A DNA stretch of 64,000 nucleotides, from IMG/VR virus record IMGVR_UViG_3300024306_000016, one strand, 5' to 3'. Source of the stretch: an uncultured virus (IMG/VR IMGVR_UViG_3300024306_000016) (Duplodnaviria; Heunggongvirae; Uroviricota; Caudoviricetes). A program made the translations under genes and the position numbers. This document shows positions 47,067-54,393 of this stretch, piece after piece; the first letter of the stretch is position 1, and the number at the start of each line of letters is the position of its first letter. The notes under the pieces are model-generated. The model was not told the DNA's origin and ran no database searches. It saw only the letters and a list, made by a program, of their open reading frames with translations.

Positions 47067-47252
47067 ATGAGAGATTTTAATGCAGTTGGTCATGATCTAC
47101 AAGCGATTGATGGACTCTTGGATCAGATCGAGGAACTGGCCATGGCCCTCCCGATCAGAGCCGGCCAGAAGAAGATCATCCAGAGTAAGATCTACGATCT
47201 ATACACAGAGATCGAAGACGGTGTTGAAGTGAGTTCAGTTGACTTTGACTGA
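47067..47252 (+). CDS. hypothetical early protein
   Basis: Own promoter and AGGAG. Confidence 0.6.
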   Translation: MRDFNAVGHDLQAIDGLLDQIEELAMALPIRAGQKKIIQSKIYDLYTEIEDGVEVSSVDFD

Positions 47253-47293
47253 TTTTGGATGTATAATACTAACTTAACTTAAGGAGCGAACCT

Positions 47294-47917
47294 ATGCCAA
47301 ACTGGTGCAACAACTATGTGGAAATCAGCCACAAGGACCCTGAGAAAATCCGTGCTCTCGCAGACGCATTCAATCGTGGAGAGTTTTGCCAGCATGTGAT
47401 TCCTACTCCTAAAGAGCTCACTGACACAGTGTCAGGCTTCATGGGCGAGGACAAGCGTGAGGCCCACGAAGCACAGCAGAAGTCCAACCTTGAGAAGTAT
47501 GGACATGCTGATTGGTATAGTTTCCAGACCAGCCGTTGGGGCACCAAGTGGGATGTGGGTGGCGATGACTGCAACCCTGCAGACGTCAGCGAGGATGGCA
47601 CTAGCATGAGCGTGGGCTTTGACAGTGCTTGGGCTCCTCCAGTGGGCGTTTACCAAGAACTGACCGAGCAGGGCTATGAAGTGCGAGCCATGTATTATGA
47701 GCCCGGCATGTGCTTCGCTGGCGTCTTTGAAGATGGCTGTGAAGACAACTATGACCTGAGCGAGATGTCCAGCAAACAGGTCCGCGATGAGATTCCTGAG
47801 GACTTGGATGAGTGCTTTGGCATCAGCGAGTGCATGGAAGAGTATGAGCGTGAGAATGAGGAAGAGCTCACACAGTGGATCCGTGAGGGTGCCGAAGCCA
47901 AGGAGCAGCCGCTGTGA
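47294..47917 (+). CDS. DUF1281/YubB ferredoxin-like domain protein
   Basis: MPNWCNN, WY......WGTKWD, FDSAWAPP, YYEPG..FAG. Confidence 0.8.
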   Translation: MPNWCNNYVEISHKDPEKIRALADAFNRGEFCQHVIPTPKELTDTVSGFMGEDKREAHEAQQKSNLEKYGHADWYSFQTSRWGTKWDVGGDDCNPADVSEDGTSMSVGFDSAWAPPVGVYQELTEQGYEVRAMYYEPGMCFAGVFEDGCEDNYDLSEMSSKQVRDEIPEDLDECFGISECMEEYERENEEELTQWIREGAEAKEQPL

Positions 47918-48222
47918 TGAATGTGGTCAAGTTGGACCGACGCTATGACGGGCATGAACGCTTTAGTCACAGGGTCGAGTTCACTGGCTACACAGGGCAA
48001 GGGCGTGTGATCCGTGTCAAGCAATGGGTCCGCGCCCGCAACTGGCTTTGGCAACAGTTTGGCGCCAGCGGAGAACTGTTCTGCGCTCGCCCAGAATACT
48101 TCGACGGCACACAGCCGGTTTGGGCTTGGGATGCAGAAAAGTCGAGTATATACCTAAACAAAGAAGCATACACGATGTTCATGCTACGCAAGGAGTTTTG
48201 GGAAAATGAAGCGAACCTTTGA
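47914..48222 (+). CDS. hypothetical protein
   Basis: Coupled ORF; KLDRRY.GH. Confidence 0.65.
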   Translation: MMNVVKLDRRYDGHERFSHRVEFTGYTGQGRVIRVKQWVRARNWLWQQFGASGELFCARPEYFDGTQPVWAWDAEKSSIYLNKEAYTMFMLRKEFWENEANL

Positions 48223-48406
48223 GTTCAAGTTTGAAGTCCTTTGTGCCGGAGAGGGCACAGCGGACGAGGCTAGGGTCGAGCAGATGATCGATCTGGCCAT
48301 GCAGGATCTTATCTATGACGACGAGTTCATCGCTGCTCTAGATGAGAAGGAAGCTGTGACTATTCGGGTCACCAAACTAGGAGATTTTGGTAAACCGAAT
48401 GGTTGA
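48206..48406 (+). CDS. hypothetical acidic protein
   Basis: Stop codon lies inside the next TTGACA. Confidence 0.6.
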   Translation: MKRTFEFKFEVLCAGEGTADEARVEQMIDLAMQDLIYDDEFIAALDEKEAVTIRVTKLGDFGKPNG

Positions 48407-48489
48407 CAGTATGGATTGGCTATGCTATATTAGTAGCATACCAAATAGGGTTGGTATACTTTTAAACACACACAGAAAGGCACATTAAA

Positions 48490-48795
48490 ATGGCAACTGA
48501 AAAGAAGTTCTCCGTAGCTGGCGTTTCGACGCTGAATGGTAAGACTAAGATCCGTTTCGCAAATGACTCGATGCGAATCAAGATCCTCGCAAAGAATGGT
48601 CACAAGGACGTTGACTTGATCAACCTTCCTAACGAGATGACCAAGGCTGAGATCGCTCAGCACCTGTACTCTACAGGTTATGGCACAGGTAAGCCTGCAG
48701 TGGAAGCTGCCATCGCTTACGTAGCCAAGAAGAACGGCGTCACCCTTGCTGCGCCTGCAGCTAAGGTCGAGACACGTGAAGCTGTTACTGCCTAA
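48490..48795 (+). CDS. conserved highly expressed phage protein
   Basis: FSVAGVS...K.RFAND..RIK.L.K.GH...L..LP..MTK; leader GAAAGGCA. Confidence 0.7.
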   Translation: MATEKKFSVAGVSTLNGKTKIRFANDSMRIKILAKNGHKDVDLINLPNEMTKAEIAQHLYSTGYGTGKPAVEAAIAYVAKKNGVTLAAPAAKVETREAVTA

Positions 48796-48857
48796 TCCGA
48801 TTCGCTCCCGGTAATAGGCACAGGGCGGGTGTACTCGATGCATCCGCCCTTTTTTTA
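48796..48857 (+). ncRNA. candidate 3'-UTR antisense RNA with terminator, copy 2
   Basis: CCGATTCGCTCCCGG (48797-48811) just after the stop, then AGGGCGGGTG/CATCCGCCCT hairpin and U tract. Confidence 0.55.
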
Positions 48858-48880
48858 TCTCTCTTAGGAGTAAATAATTC

Positions 48881-49273
48881 ATGGAACTGATCTTAATTCT
48901 ATTCACGGTATTCATCCTGGGATTCCTTCTGGGCCGCTTCGTAGAGCGTGTGTTCTTCCGTATGATCCTCGGCGAAGTGCTCAAGGATCTAGGCATCAAG
49001 CCCGCAGACCTTCGTAAATTACGCGAGAAATTAGAGCGGGAGATCACCGAGGACAGCGATGAGAGTGCCGAACCCGAGCTGATCCAGATCCGTATCGAGC
49101 AGCATCAAGGCCAGCTCTATGCCTATCGCAAGGACACAGAGCAGTTCGTAGGACAGAGCTCTACAGCTGAGGGACTACAGCGAGAGATCCGCAGCCGCTT
49201 CAAGGACACGGTTAAATTCATCGTTGATCGGGCCGAGGGTGGCGATCTACTGTTGCAAAAAAACAACACCTAA
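48881..49273 (+). CDS. membrane-anchored hypothetical protein
   Basis: N-terminal TM; AGGAG and TAAATA upstream. Confidence 0.65.
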   Translation: MELILILFTVFILGFLLGRFVERVFFRMILGEVLKDLGIKPADLRKLREKLEREITEDSDESAEPELIQIRIEQHQGQLYAYRKDTEQFVGQSSTAEGLQREIRSRFKDTVKFIVDRAEGGDLLLQKNNT

Positions 49274-49335
49274 ATCGGTTGACCTTTTCGCAGTTTGGCA
49301 GTACAATACACATACTGACACACAAAGGAGCAACT

Positions 49336-49608
49336 ATGCGCACAGACATCCGTGATTTCATCCTCAGGGACGCCACACTCGAGGATACCTCTGAAATGAT
49401 CGATCTGATCAAACAGCGGCGCACCAAGCTGTCAAAGATGGCTACCATCAACCTCATGGCCGGGGACAAGATCTCATTCACCAGCAGCCGCACCGGACGT
49501 TTGATGGTGGGCACCGTGGAAAAGGTCGCGATCAAGAACTGTATCGTTAACACAGCCTTTGGTCGCTACAGGGTTCCCGCAAACATGCTGTCTAGGGTCG
49601 AGGACTGA
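49336..49608 (+). CDS. hypothetical protein, SH3-like C-terminus
   Basis: GDKISF...GTVEKV......V......YRVP..ML. Confidence 0.65.
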   Translation: MRTDIRDFILRDATLEDTSEMIDLIKQRRTKLSKMATINLMAGDKISFTSSRTGRLMVGTVEKVAIKNCIVNTAFGRYRVPANMLSRVED

Positions 49609-49865
49609 TGTCAGGTTGGATCGTCTACGAGGTCCGCTCGGGCCGTATGGAAAAGTACTACAAGCGAGCCAGCACGGCCCGTAGGATAGTCACACAGCAC
49701 AACACTCCACGTGAATACGATTGGGGTCAAGGCTACGGCACATACCGCTACGAACCTCGCGAGATTTGGGCCTGCTGCTCTTACAGGGACTACGAAGGAA
49801 TCTTGATGGGGCTGCGCGGGGATCAGTTCAAGATGTGGCAATTCTGCAACAGCCCGACTGGTTGA
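49608..49865 (+). CDS. hypothetical protein
   Basis: Coupled ORF; stop inside TTGACA. Confidence 0.6.
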   Translation: MSGWIVYEVRSGRMEKYYKRASTARRIVTQHNTPREYDWGQGYGTYRYEPREIWACCSYRDYEGILMGLRGDQFKMWQFCNSPTG

Positions 49866-49914
49866 CAGTTTGGGCGAACGGTAGTATACTACACACATAT
49901 TAACAAAGGAGCGA

Positions 49915-50091
49915 ATGATGATCAATCAAGATCTCAAAGTCATAGCAGGCATACAGGAACGCTTGGGTCAGCTGCCCGTGCTGGAAACCCTGATCTACAT
50001 CGAGAACAACACTGAAGAGTTCACCATCTCAGAGCTGCGTAGTTTCCACAACGTGATGAGCCAGTTCCGCGCTCTGTTCGCGGCAGCATAA
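49915..50091 (+). CDS. hypothetical protein (58 aa, not in track)
   Basis: MMINQDLKVIAGIQERLGQLPVLETLIYIENNTEEFTISELRSFHNVMSQFRALFAAA; promoter and AGGAGCGA. Confidence 0.65.
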   Translation: MMINQDLKVIAGIQERLGQLPVLETLIYIENNTEEFTISELRSFHNVMSQFRALFAAA

Positions 50092-50218
50092 CGTGGTTGA
50101 CAGTTTGGGTCTACGAGCATATAATATGGACATGACAACAAGGACTACTCATGCAGACACTCTTAGCCGTTGCGATGATCTTTGCGCCCCCCGTGGTATT
50201 CGCAGCCACACTCTTGCT

Positions 50219-50434
50219 ATGATCGCTGCTGCGGCCAAACACTTGGCGCTCATATGTACCCTAGCGGGTGCTGCGGCAACTGCACTGGGACAGGATCCCT
50301 TGAACATCCTGCTGCTGAACCTAGGCAGCGTCCTGTACCTATACTGGAGTCTAACCGTACGCGATTGGAACTTGGTAGCTGTGAACGCGGGACTATTGAC
50401 TATCTATGCTATTGGAGCTATACTAAGACTATGA
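50219..50434 (+). CDS. membrane protein
   Basis: Three hydrophobic segments; preceded by a 23-codon hydrophobic ORF at 50151-50222. Confidence 0.55.
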   Translation: MIAAAAKHLALICTLAGAAATALGQDPLNILLLNLGSVLYLYWSLTVRDWNLVAVNAGLLTIYAIGAILRL

Positions 50435-50661
50435 TACAGATCACAGGACTCACACATAGGCAGCGCGAGATCATAGACATACTATGGAACTGCCAAAGCC
50501 TAGGACAAGCTGAAGCTGTGCTGGCAGCACTGCCCTATAAGGACGGCTGCGATGGCCGTAGCCTGCTGCAGATCGCTGCGTGGGAATGCACAGAACAAGA
50601 ACAGGGGCTAGACACATATGCAGATGCTGCTAAGACTGCTATCCGTAACGCTAGCCGCTAG
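50431..50661 (+). CDS. hypothetical protein
   Basis: MIQITGLTHRQ...DILWN. Confidence 0.6.
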   Translation: MIQITGLTHRQREIIDILWNCQSLGQAEAVLAALPYKDGCDGRSLLQIAAWECTEQEQGLDTYADAAKTAIRNASR

Positions 50662-50830
50662 CTGTGCTGCGGGCTGCGCTGTTAGGGATCGTAGAGATGC
50701 GCCCTGGGACCCGAGACCGCCTTATCAGTTGACGGATCAGATCCCTGCTTGGTCGGGCGCAGCAGAAAGGATCTGTTCAGGGCACCTCAGAGACGACCAG
50801 AAGAGACCCGGCATGACGGATCGGTGTTGA
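50618..50830 (+). CDS. putative lipoprotein
   Basis: Hydrophobic N-terminus with AAGC lipobox-like motif. Confidence 0.45.
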   Translation: MQMLLRLLSVTLAASCAAGCAVRDRRDAPWDPRPPYQLTDQIPAWSGAAERICSGHLRDDQKRPGMTDRC

Positions 50831-50976
50831 GGTCTCGGTCGGTGAAGGTTCGGCCGATGGGGGTGGGGGGCTATAGTGCGTACAGTGTTGTATTTTTGCA
50901 ACAGGGGTAGCAAATCACCACCCTGAAAAGAAAAGTACTCCACCCAAATTTTTTGCGCGGCCAAAATTTTATCCCG

Positions 50977-51363
50977 CTAGGACCCTTTTCTACTCTGTTC
51001 TATATACTTGATAGCTCGCTGTAACCGTTCTACATCGTCTGCTAGATTTCCCAAGCCCATGTTGCATTTATGGCATAGCCAACCTCTAAATAGGCCTGTT
51101 TCGTGATCATGATCGCAGACCCAGTTTTTTCTACGCAGACTGTGACCCTGCATTTCATCATAGTTTCTTAGACAGATAGCACAGCGATGATCTTTCTCGG
51201 GCGGCTTTGCTGACCTTTTAATAGCTCTTAGAGTTCGACTCTGCTGTCTAGCGCATTCTCTGCATTCATAGCGTAGATACCCATGTCGACCGCCGTCTCT
51301 GCCAAAAGCCGATTCTGGCTTTTCCACTAGACACATCGCACAAGTTTTAGTTTGTTGTCGCAT
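50977..51363 (-). CDS. endonuclease VII-type nuclease
   Basis: CAIC...DHDHETG.FRGWLC..CN.GLG...D; sigma70-like TTGACA upstream. Confidence 0.85.
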   Translation of the reverse strand: MRQQTKTCAMCLVEKPESAFGRDGGRHGYLRYECRECARQQSRTLRAIKRSAKPPEKDHRCAICLRNYDEMQGHSLRRKNWVCDHDHETGLFRGWLCHKCNMGLGNLADDVERLQRAIKYIEQSRKGS

Positions 51364-51414
51364 AGTTATATGATACTATCTTATGGTCTAGGTTGTCAAC
51401 TCGATAAGTAACAG

Positions 51415-51501
51415 ATGCGCATAGACATCCATTTCCTAATATCTTATACACTGTGGCTGCTAGTGTTCCTAGTCATCATCGCGGTCATGATCCTGCAGTG
51501 A
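51415..51501 (+). CDS. tiny TM peptide (28 aa)
   Basis: MRIDIHFLISYTLWLLVFLVIIAVMILQ, 4 nt after TAAGTA. Confidence 0.35.
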   Translation: MRIDIHFLISYTLWLLVFLVIIAVMILQ

Positions 51502-51504
51502 TCT

Positions 51505-51684
51505 CTAGATCTGCCTTCCCCAGCTGACTCTTAGCCATAGTCTTTCATGCACATAATGTAACGCTGTCAGCACTATGTTGGCCCAGATCGCTCCTGACCA
51601 TCCTGCCCATATGGCTGTTACACAGGTAGCTATCACTCTCCATATCACAGCTCTAGCTATGGTTCTCTTGTGTGTTTCTGTCAT
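51505..51684 (-). CDS. DUF2061 family membrane protein (not in track)
   Basis: MTETHKRTIARAVIWR...HYVHERLWLRVSWG; GGAGG SD. Confidence 0.75.
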   Translation of the reverse strand: MTETHKRTIARAVIWRVIATCVTAIWAGWSGAIWANIVLTALHYVHERLWLRVSWGRQI

Positions 51685-51722
51685 TTTTTGCCTCCATTAG
51701 GTTATTTAAGCTATATACAATC

Positions 51723-51947
51723 ATGCCCTATAGAGAATATGCTGTCTACACTTCGGATCCCAGTCTAGAGCGTGCTCTACGCTTCGCAGAGAGGTATGGT
51801 CTACACTACGAAGTGCATCTAAATAGGACACGCATACTAGTGCCGCGCAACACCTTAGAAACACAGTTTTTGCTAGAGTGCGAGGGAGCAGTAGCCGTCA
51901 TTGAACGAGAAGAATATTATGGATATAGAGGAAATAAGAGGTCGTAA
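51723..51947 (+). CDS. hypothetical protein
   Basis: EVHLNRTR motif. Confidence 0.55.
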   Translation: MPYREYAVYTSDPSLERALRFAERYGLHYEVHLNRTRILVPRNTLETQFLLECEGAVAVIEREEYYGYRGNKRS

Positions 51948-52101
51948 GTACTACTACAGTAGGGAGGAAGATACTTGGTATCCCATGCCCGATAAGCTGG
52001 ACAACGATCTAAATGCATTCGCCATGTTCATGGCCAAGATTGGGGCGGTCTGTGTTGTATGCTGGCTAGCTATGGAATACTTTGGTCTTACTAGAAGCTA
52101 A
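51919..52101 (+). CDS. small membrane protein
   Basis: C-terminal TM. Confidence 0.5.
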   Translation: MDIEEIRGRKYYYSREEDTWYPMPDKLDNDLNAFAMFMAKIGAVCVVCWLAMEYFGLTRS

Positions 52102-52109
52102 AAAATCTT

Positions 52110-52150
52110 ACCGCTGTGCGCTTCGCGCTAAATTTTTGCGCTGCTTCGCC
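52110..52150 (-). repeat. GCGAAGC double mini-hairpin element, copy 2 (inverted)
   Basis: Minus strand GGCGAAGC-AGCGCAAAAATTTA-GCGCGAAGCGC-ACAGCGGT. Confidence 0.75.
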
Positions 52151-52210
52151 GAAAAAAAAATCGCGCGGCTGCGCCTTGACAAACAAGTCAGCATCGTGTA
52201 TACTAAGACT

Positions 52211-52456
52211 ATGAAAATACGAGTAAAGGATCTGGGTGAGCATCGTTGGCTCTGCTACTGTTGGCCTGCTAACAGTCTAGAACGGCATGAGTTTATACAG
52301 TGGTGCCAATCGCATCCTGGAAACTTTTGGATCAGCCGTAACACACATGTCTGGGGCACAGAACCCATAGAAGTGCGTGGCGGCTCTAGATCAGATCAGC
52401 TACTACTAGCTATGAGATGGGCAGGAGGACGACATGGACCCGAAAACAGCACTTGA
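52211..52456 (+). CDS. hypothetical protein (probably leaderless)
   Basis: TTGACA(52176)-17-TATACT, ATG 6 nt later. Confidence 0.6.
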   Translation: MKIRVKDLGEHRWLCYCWPANSLERHEFIQWCQSHPGNFWISRNTHVWGTEPIEVRGGSRSDQLLLAMRWAGGRHGPENST

Positions 52457-52739
52457 TAAGTTAAACGCAGACCTCGCACAGGAACTGCTACCCCCTATGA
52501 CCGCTGAAGAGCATCGTGAAGCCTATCGTCGGAGATACAGTGTCCAGCCCACGCCCGCTAGCCACCCACACTTATATGATCCCCTAGATCCGCCTGAAGG
52601 CTGGGTCTATGATGCGGCCTATGAGTTTTGGTACAAGCTGCCCGATGAACAGGATGTGCGTTGGATCAGTGTGATCACTGCCTTGACTATTGGACTAATG
52701 TTTGCGGCCTTTTGGCTAGCGGACTATCTCAGACCTTGA
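52434..52739 (+). CDS. hypothetical membrane protein
   Basis: AGGAGG SD; YDPLDPPEGW; C-terminal TM. Confidence 0.65.
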   Translation: MDPKTALDKLNADLAQELLPPMTAEEHREAYRRRYSVQPTPASHPHLYDPLDPPEGWVYDAAYEFWYKLPDEQDVRWISVITALTIGLMFAAFWLADYLRP

Positions 52740-53055
52740 AGCTTTCACCGCAGCCACAACGTGCGGTTTCGTTTGGGTTGGTAAATTCGAAGCCTTCGTT
52801 TAGACCCTTCTTGACCCAATCTACTTCTAGCCCTGAGAGATAAACCTGATCTCGGAATGACACCAAGACCACGAACTCGGGCTGTGCGAAGTTGGTCACT
52901 CCCTCTTCTGCTGTGTAGGTGTCTACGTATTCTAACACATAGCTCAGTCCTGAGCAGCCACGTGTGTTGGTGCCTATGCGTATGCCCACACCACGGCCAC
53001 GCTGTTTGAGTAGTTCTTGTATTTTAGTTCGGGCTCGTTCTGTGAACCTAATCAC
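52729..53055 (-). CDS. iscA: A-type Fe-S carrier IscA/HesB
   Basis: GCSGLSY, F.NPN....CGCGESF. Confidence 0.92.
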   Translation of the reverse strand: MIRFTERARTKIQELLKQRGRGVGIRIGTNTRGCSGLSYVLEYVDTYTAEEGVTNFAQPEFVVLVSFRDQVYLSGLEVDWVKKGLNEGFEFTNPNETARCGCGESFKV

Positions 53056-53057
53056 GT

Positions 53058-53261
53058 TTATACCACGGGGTTGTTGATCAGCTCGATGCGTCCCACCCAG
53101 TCCTGTGTGTTTAGGAACTTGTTGAGATTTAGACGATATGCGAAAGCATCAGCGATCTTTTGTGCATATGCAGGATCTGTGACTGGAGGATTTTTTTCCA
53201 GATTGAGTTCTCGCTGTAGTTGGTTTTCTTTGAGGCTGTAGGCCAAGATCGCATATTCCAT
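53058..53261 (-). CDS. hypothetical protein
   Basis: GGAG SD; TAAATA at 53281. Confidence 0.6.
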   Translation of the reverse strand: MEYAILAYSLKENQLQRELNLEKNPPVTDPAYAQKIADAFAYRLNLNKFLNTQDWVGRIELINNPVV

Positions 53262-53360
53262 GTTCTGCTCCGTTGTCTAGTATTTAGCTCAGCCAGCTCT
53301 GAGCCATTAACTGATCAGATTAAGCTAAGTATCTATATACAACTTTAACAAGGGAATATT

Positions 53361-53717
53361 ATGACTCTAGAACAGATAGTTTGGGCCACGACCGTTTGGC
53401 TAGCATTAACTGTGATCACATATAGGCTCACTGGCTTCCGAGAAATCCGTGACTGCTTTAGCATGTTTTTAACTCGTGAATATTGGCAACCTCTCTACAA
53501 CAAAGTAGAGTTTGCCAGTTGGTTCTGCAAGGCCATAATCATCATTCCAGGTTTGATTTTCGGCATACAGATTTGGTGGTTGTATTTCCTTACTCTGTTT
53601 ACTAGCCTAACATTGATCTGGGCTTCAAACAAGAAACTGTTGCCCACGTTGGTTAGTTTTAACACCATGTGGGCCTGGCTCAGCTGCATGGTACTAGCAC
53701 AACATTTGGTAAAATAA
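53361..53717 (+). CDS. membrane protein
   Basis: Multiple TM segments. Confidence 0.65.
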   Translation: MTLEQIVWATTVWLALTVITYRLTGFREIRDCFSMFLTREYWQPLYNKVEFASWFCKAIIIIPGLIFGIQIWWLYFLTLFTSLTLIWASNKKLLPTLVSFNTMWAWLSCMVLAQHLVK

Positions 53718-53718
53718 C

Positions 53719-53937
53719 ATGATAGAAGAAACACGCCAACGTACCATCACAAGGATGGTTACTTATAGGATAACCGCTTGGTTATTTACGATCTTTTGGA
53801 CTTGGTTGTTTACTGGAGATATTGGCTCAGCCACAGGATTTGCCACAGCACTGCACATCCTGCTCAGCATAGACTACTACATACACGAGCGTATCTGGTT
53901 AAAGATACGCTGGGGTCTTACTCGTAGAGATAGTTGA
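53719..53937 (+). CDS. DUF2061 family membrane protein
   Basis: ETRQRTI.R..TYR...YYIHERIW..I.WG. Confidence 0.75.
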   Translation: MIEETRQRTITRMVTYRITAWLFTIFWTWLFTGDIGSATGFATALHILLSIDYYIHERIWLKIRWGLTRRDS

Positions 53938-54352
53938 CCGTATCGGTGTTTTCGCGATAGGTCTTAGCGCCGTTCTTGTGATGAAACTTACGTGCCATTT
54001 CAGTCTTAGGACTTAGTGTCACGTAGGTTTTTACTTCGGGCTGTTCTTGCTTGATTTTAGCCTGCGCTTCTTCGATCAACTGGCGTCCAGCACCTGCAGC
54101 ATATGACCAAATAGTATAGAACACTGCGGTATTGGTATTGACCACTTTGTCAGCTAGATCTTCTACAGTCGCAGGAATATCAGCTAAGAACTTGACACAG
54201 GTCACTGCTAGCGGGTGACCATCATCATCTTTTAATACAAAGATACGGCTGTTTTCGTTGACTCGCTGCTCAGCAGGAATCTCCGGTCTTACCGGATCGT
54301 CTTTGATTAAACTTAATAGATTGTCTTGTAGATCAGTGATGATGTGTAACAT
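53918..54352 (-). CDS. GNAT-like hypothetical protein
   Basis: FYTIWSY..GAGR.LI...TLSP.T..A.KFH..NG resembles an acetyltransferase core. Confidence 0.55.
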   Translation of the reverse strand: MLHIITDLQDNLLSLIKDDPVRPEIPAEQRVNENSRIFVLKDDDGHPLAVTCVKFLADIPATVEDLADKVVNTNTAVFYTIWSYAAGAGRQLIEEAQAKIKQEQPEVKTYVTLSPKTEMARKFHHKNGAKTYRENTDTVNYLYE

Positions 54353-54393
54353 AGTCGTGCCCCATATATAATTATTATATAGGTATTTATTGA

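Larger units (their letters stand above)
37056..50125 (+). promoter_or_regulatory. array of about 21 near-consensus sigma70 early promoters
   Basis: TTGAC(A) at 37056, 37853, 38234, 38611, 39134, 39557, 41111, 41619, 42310, 43526, 44862, 45640, 45971, 46254, 46575, 47015, 47239, 48403, 49279, 49862, 50097, almost all 17 nt before TATAAT/TATACT/TACAAT-like boxes. Confidence 0.9.
41554..50903. promoter_or_regulatory. six TGT-N12-ACA palindromic boxes
   Basis: 41554, 41591, 44802, 45928, 49251, 50886; consensus TGT(T/G)GC-W6-RC(A/C)ACA. Confidence 0.7.

Noticed and set aside
37056..50125. CRISPR array or integron suggested by recurring motifs
   Set aside because: Repeats are degenerate promoter/RBS modules separated by whole ORFs of variable length; no cas, integrase or attC structure
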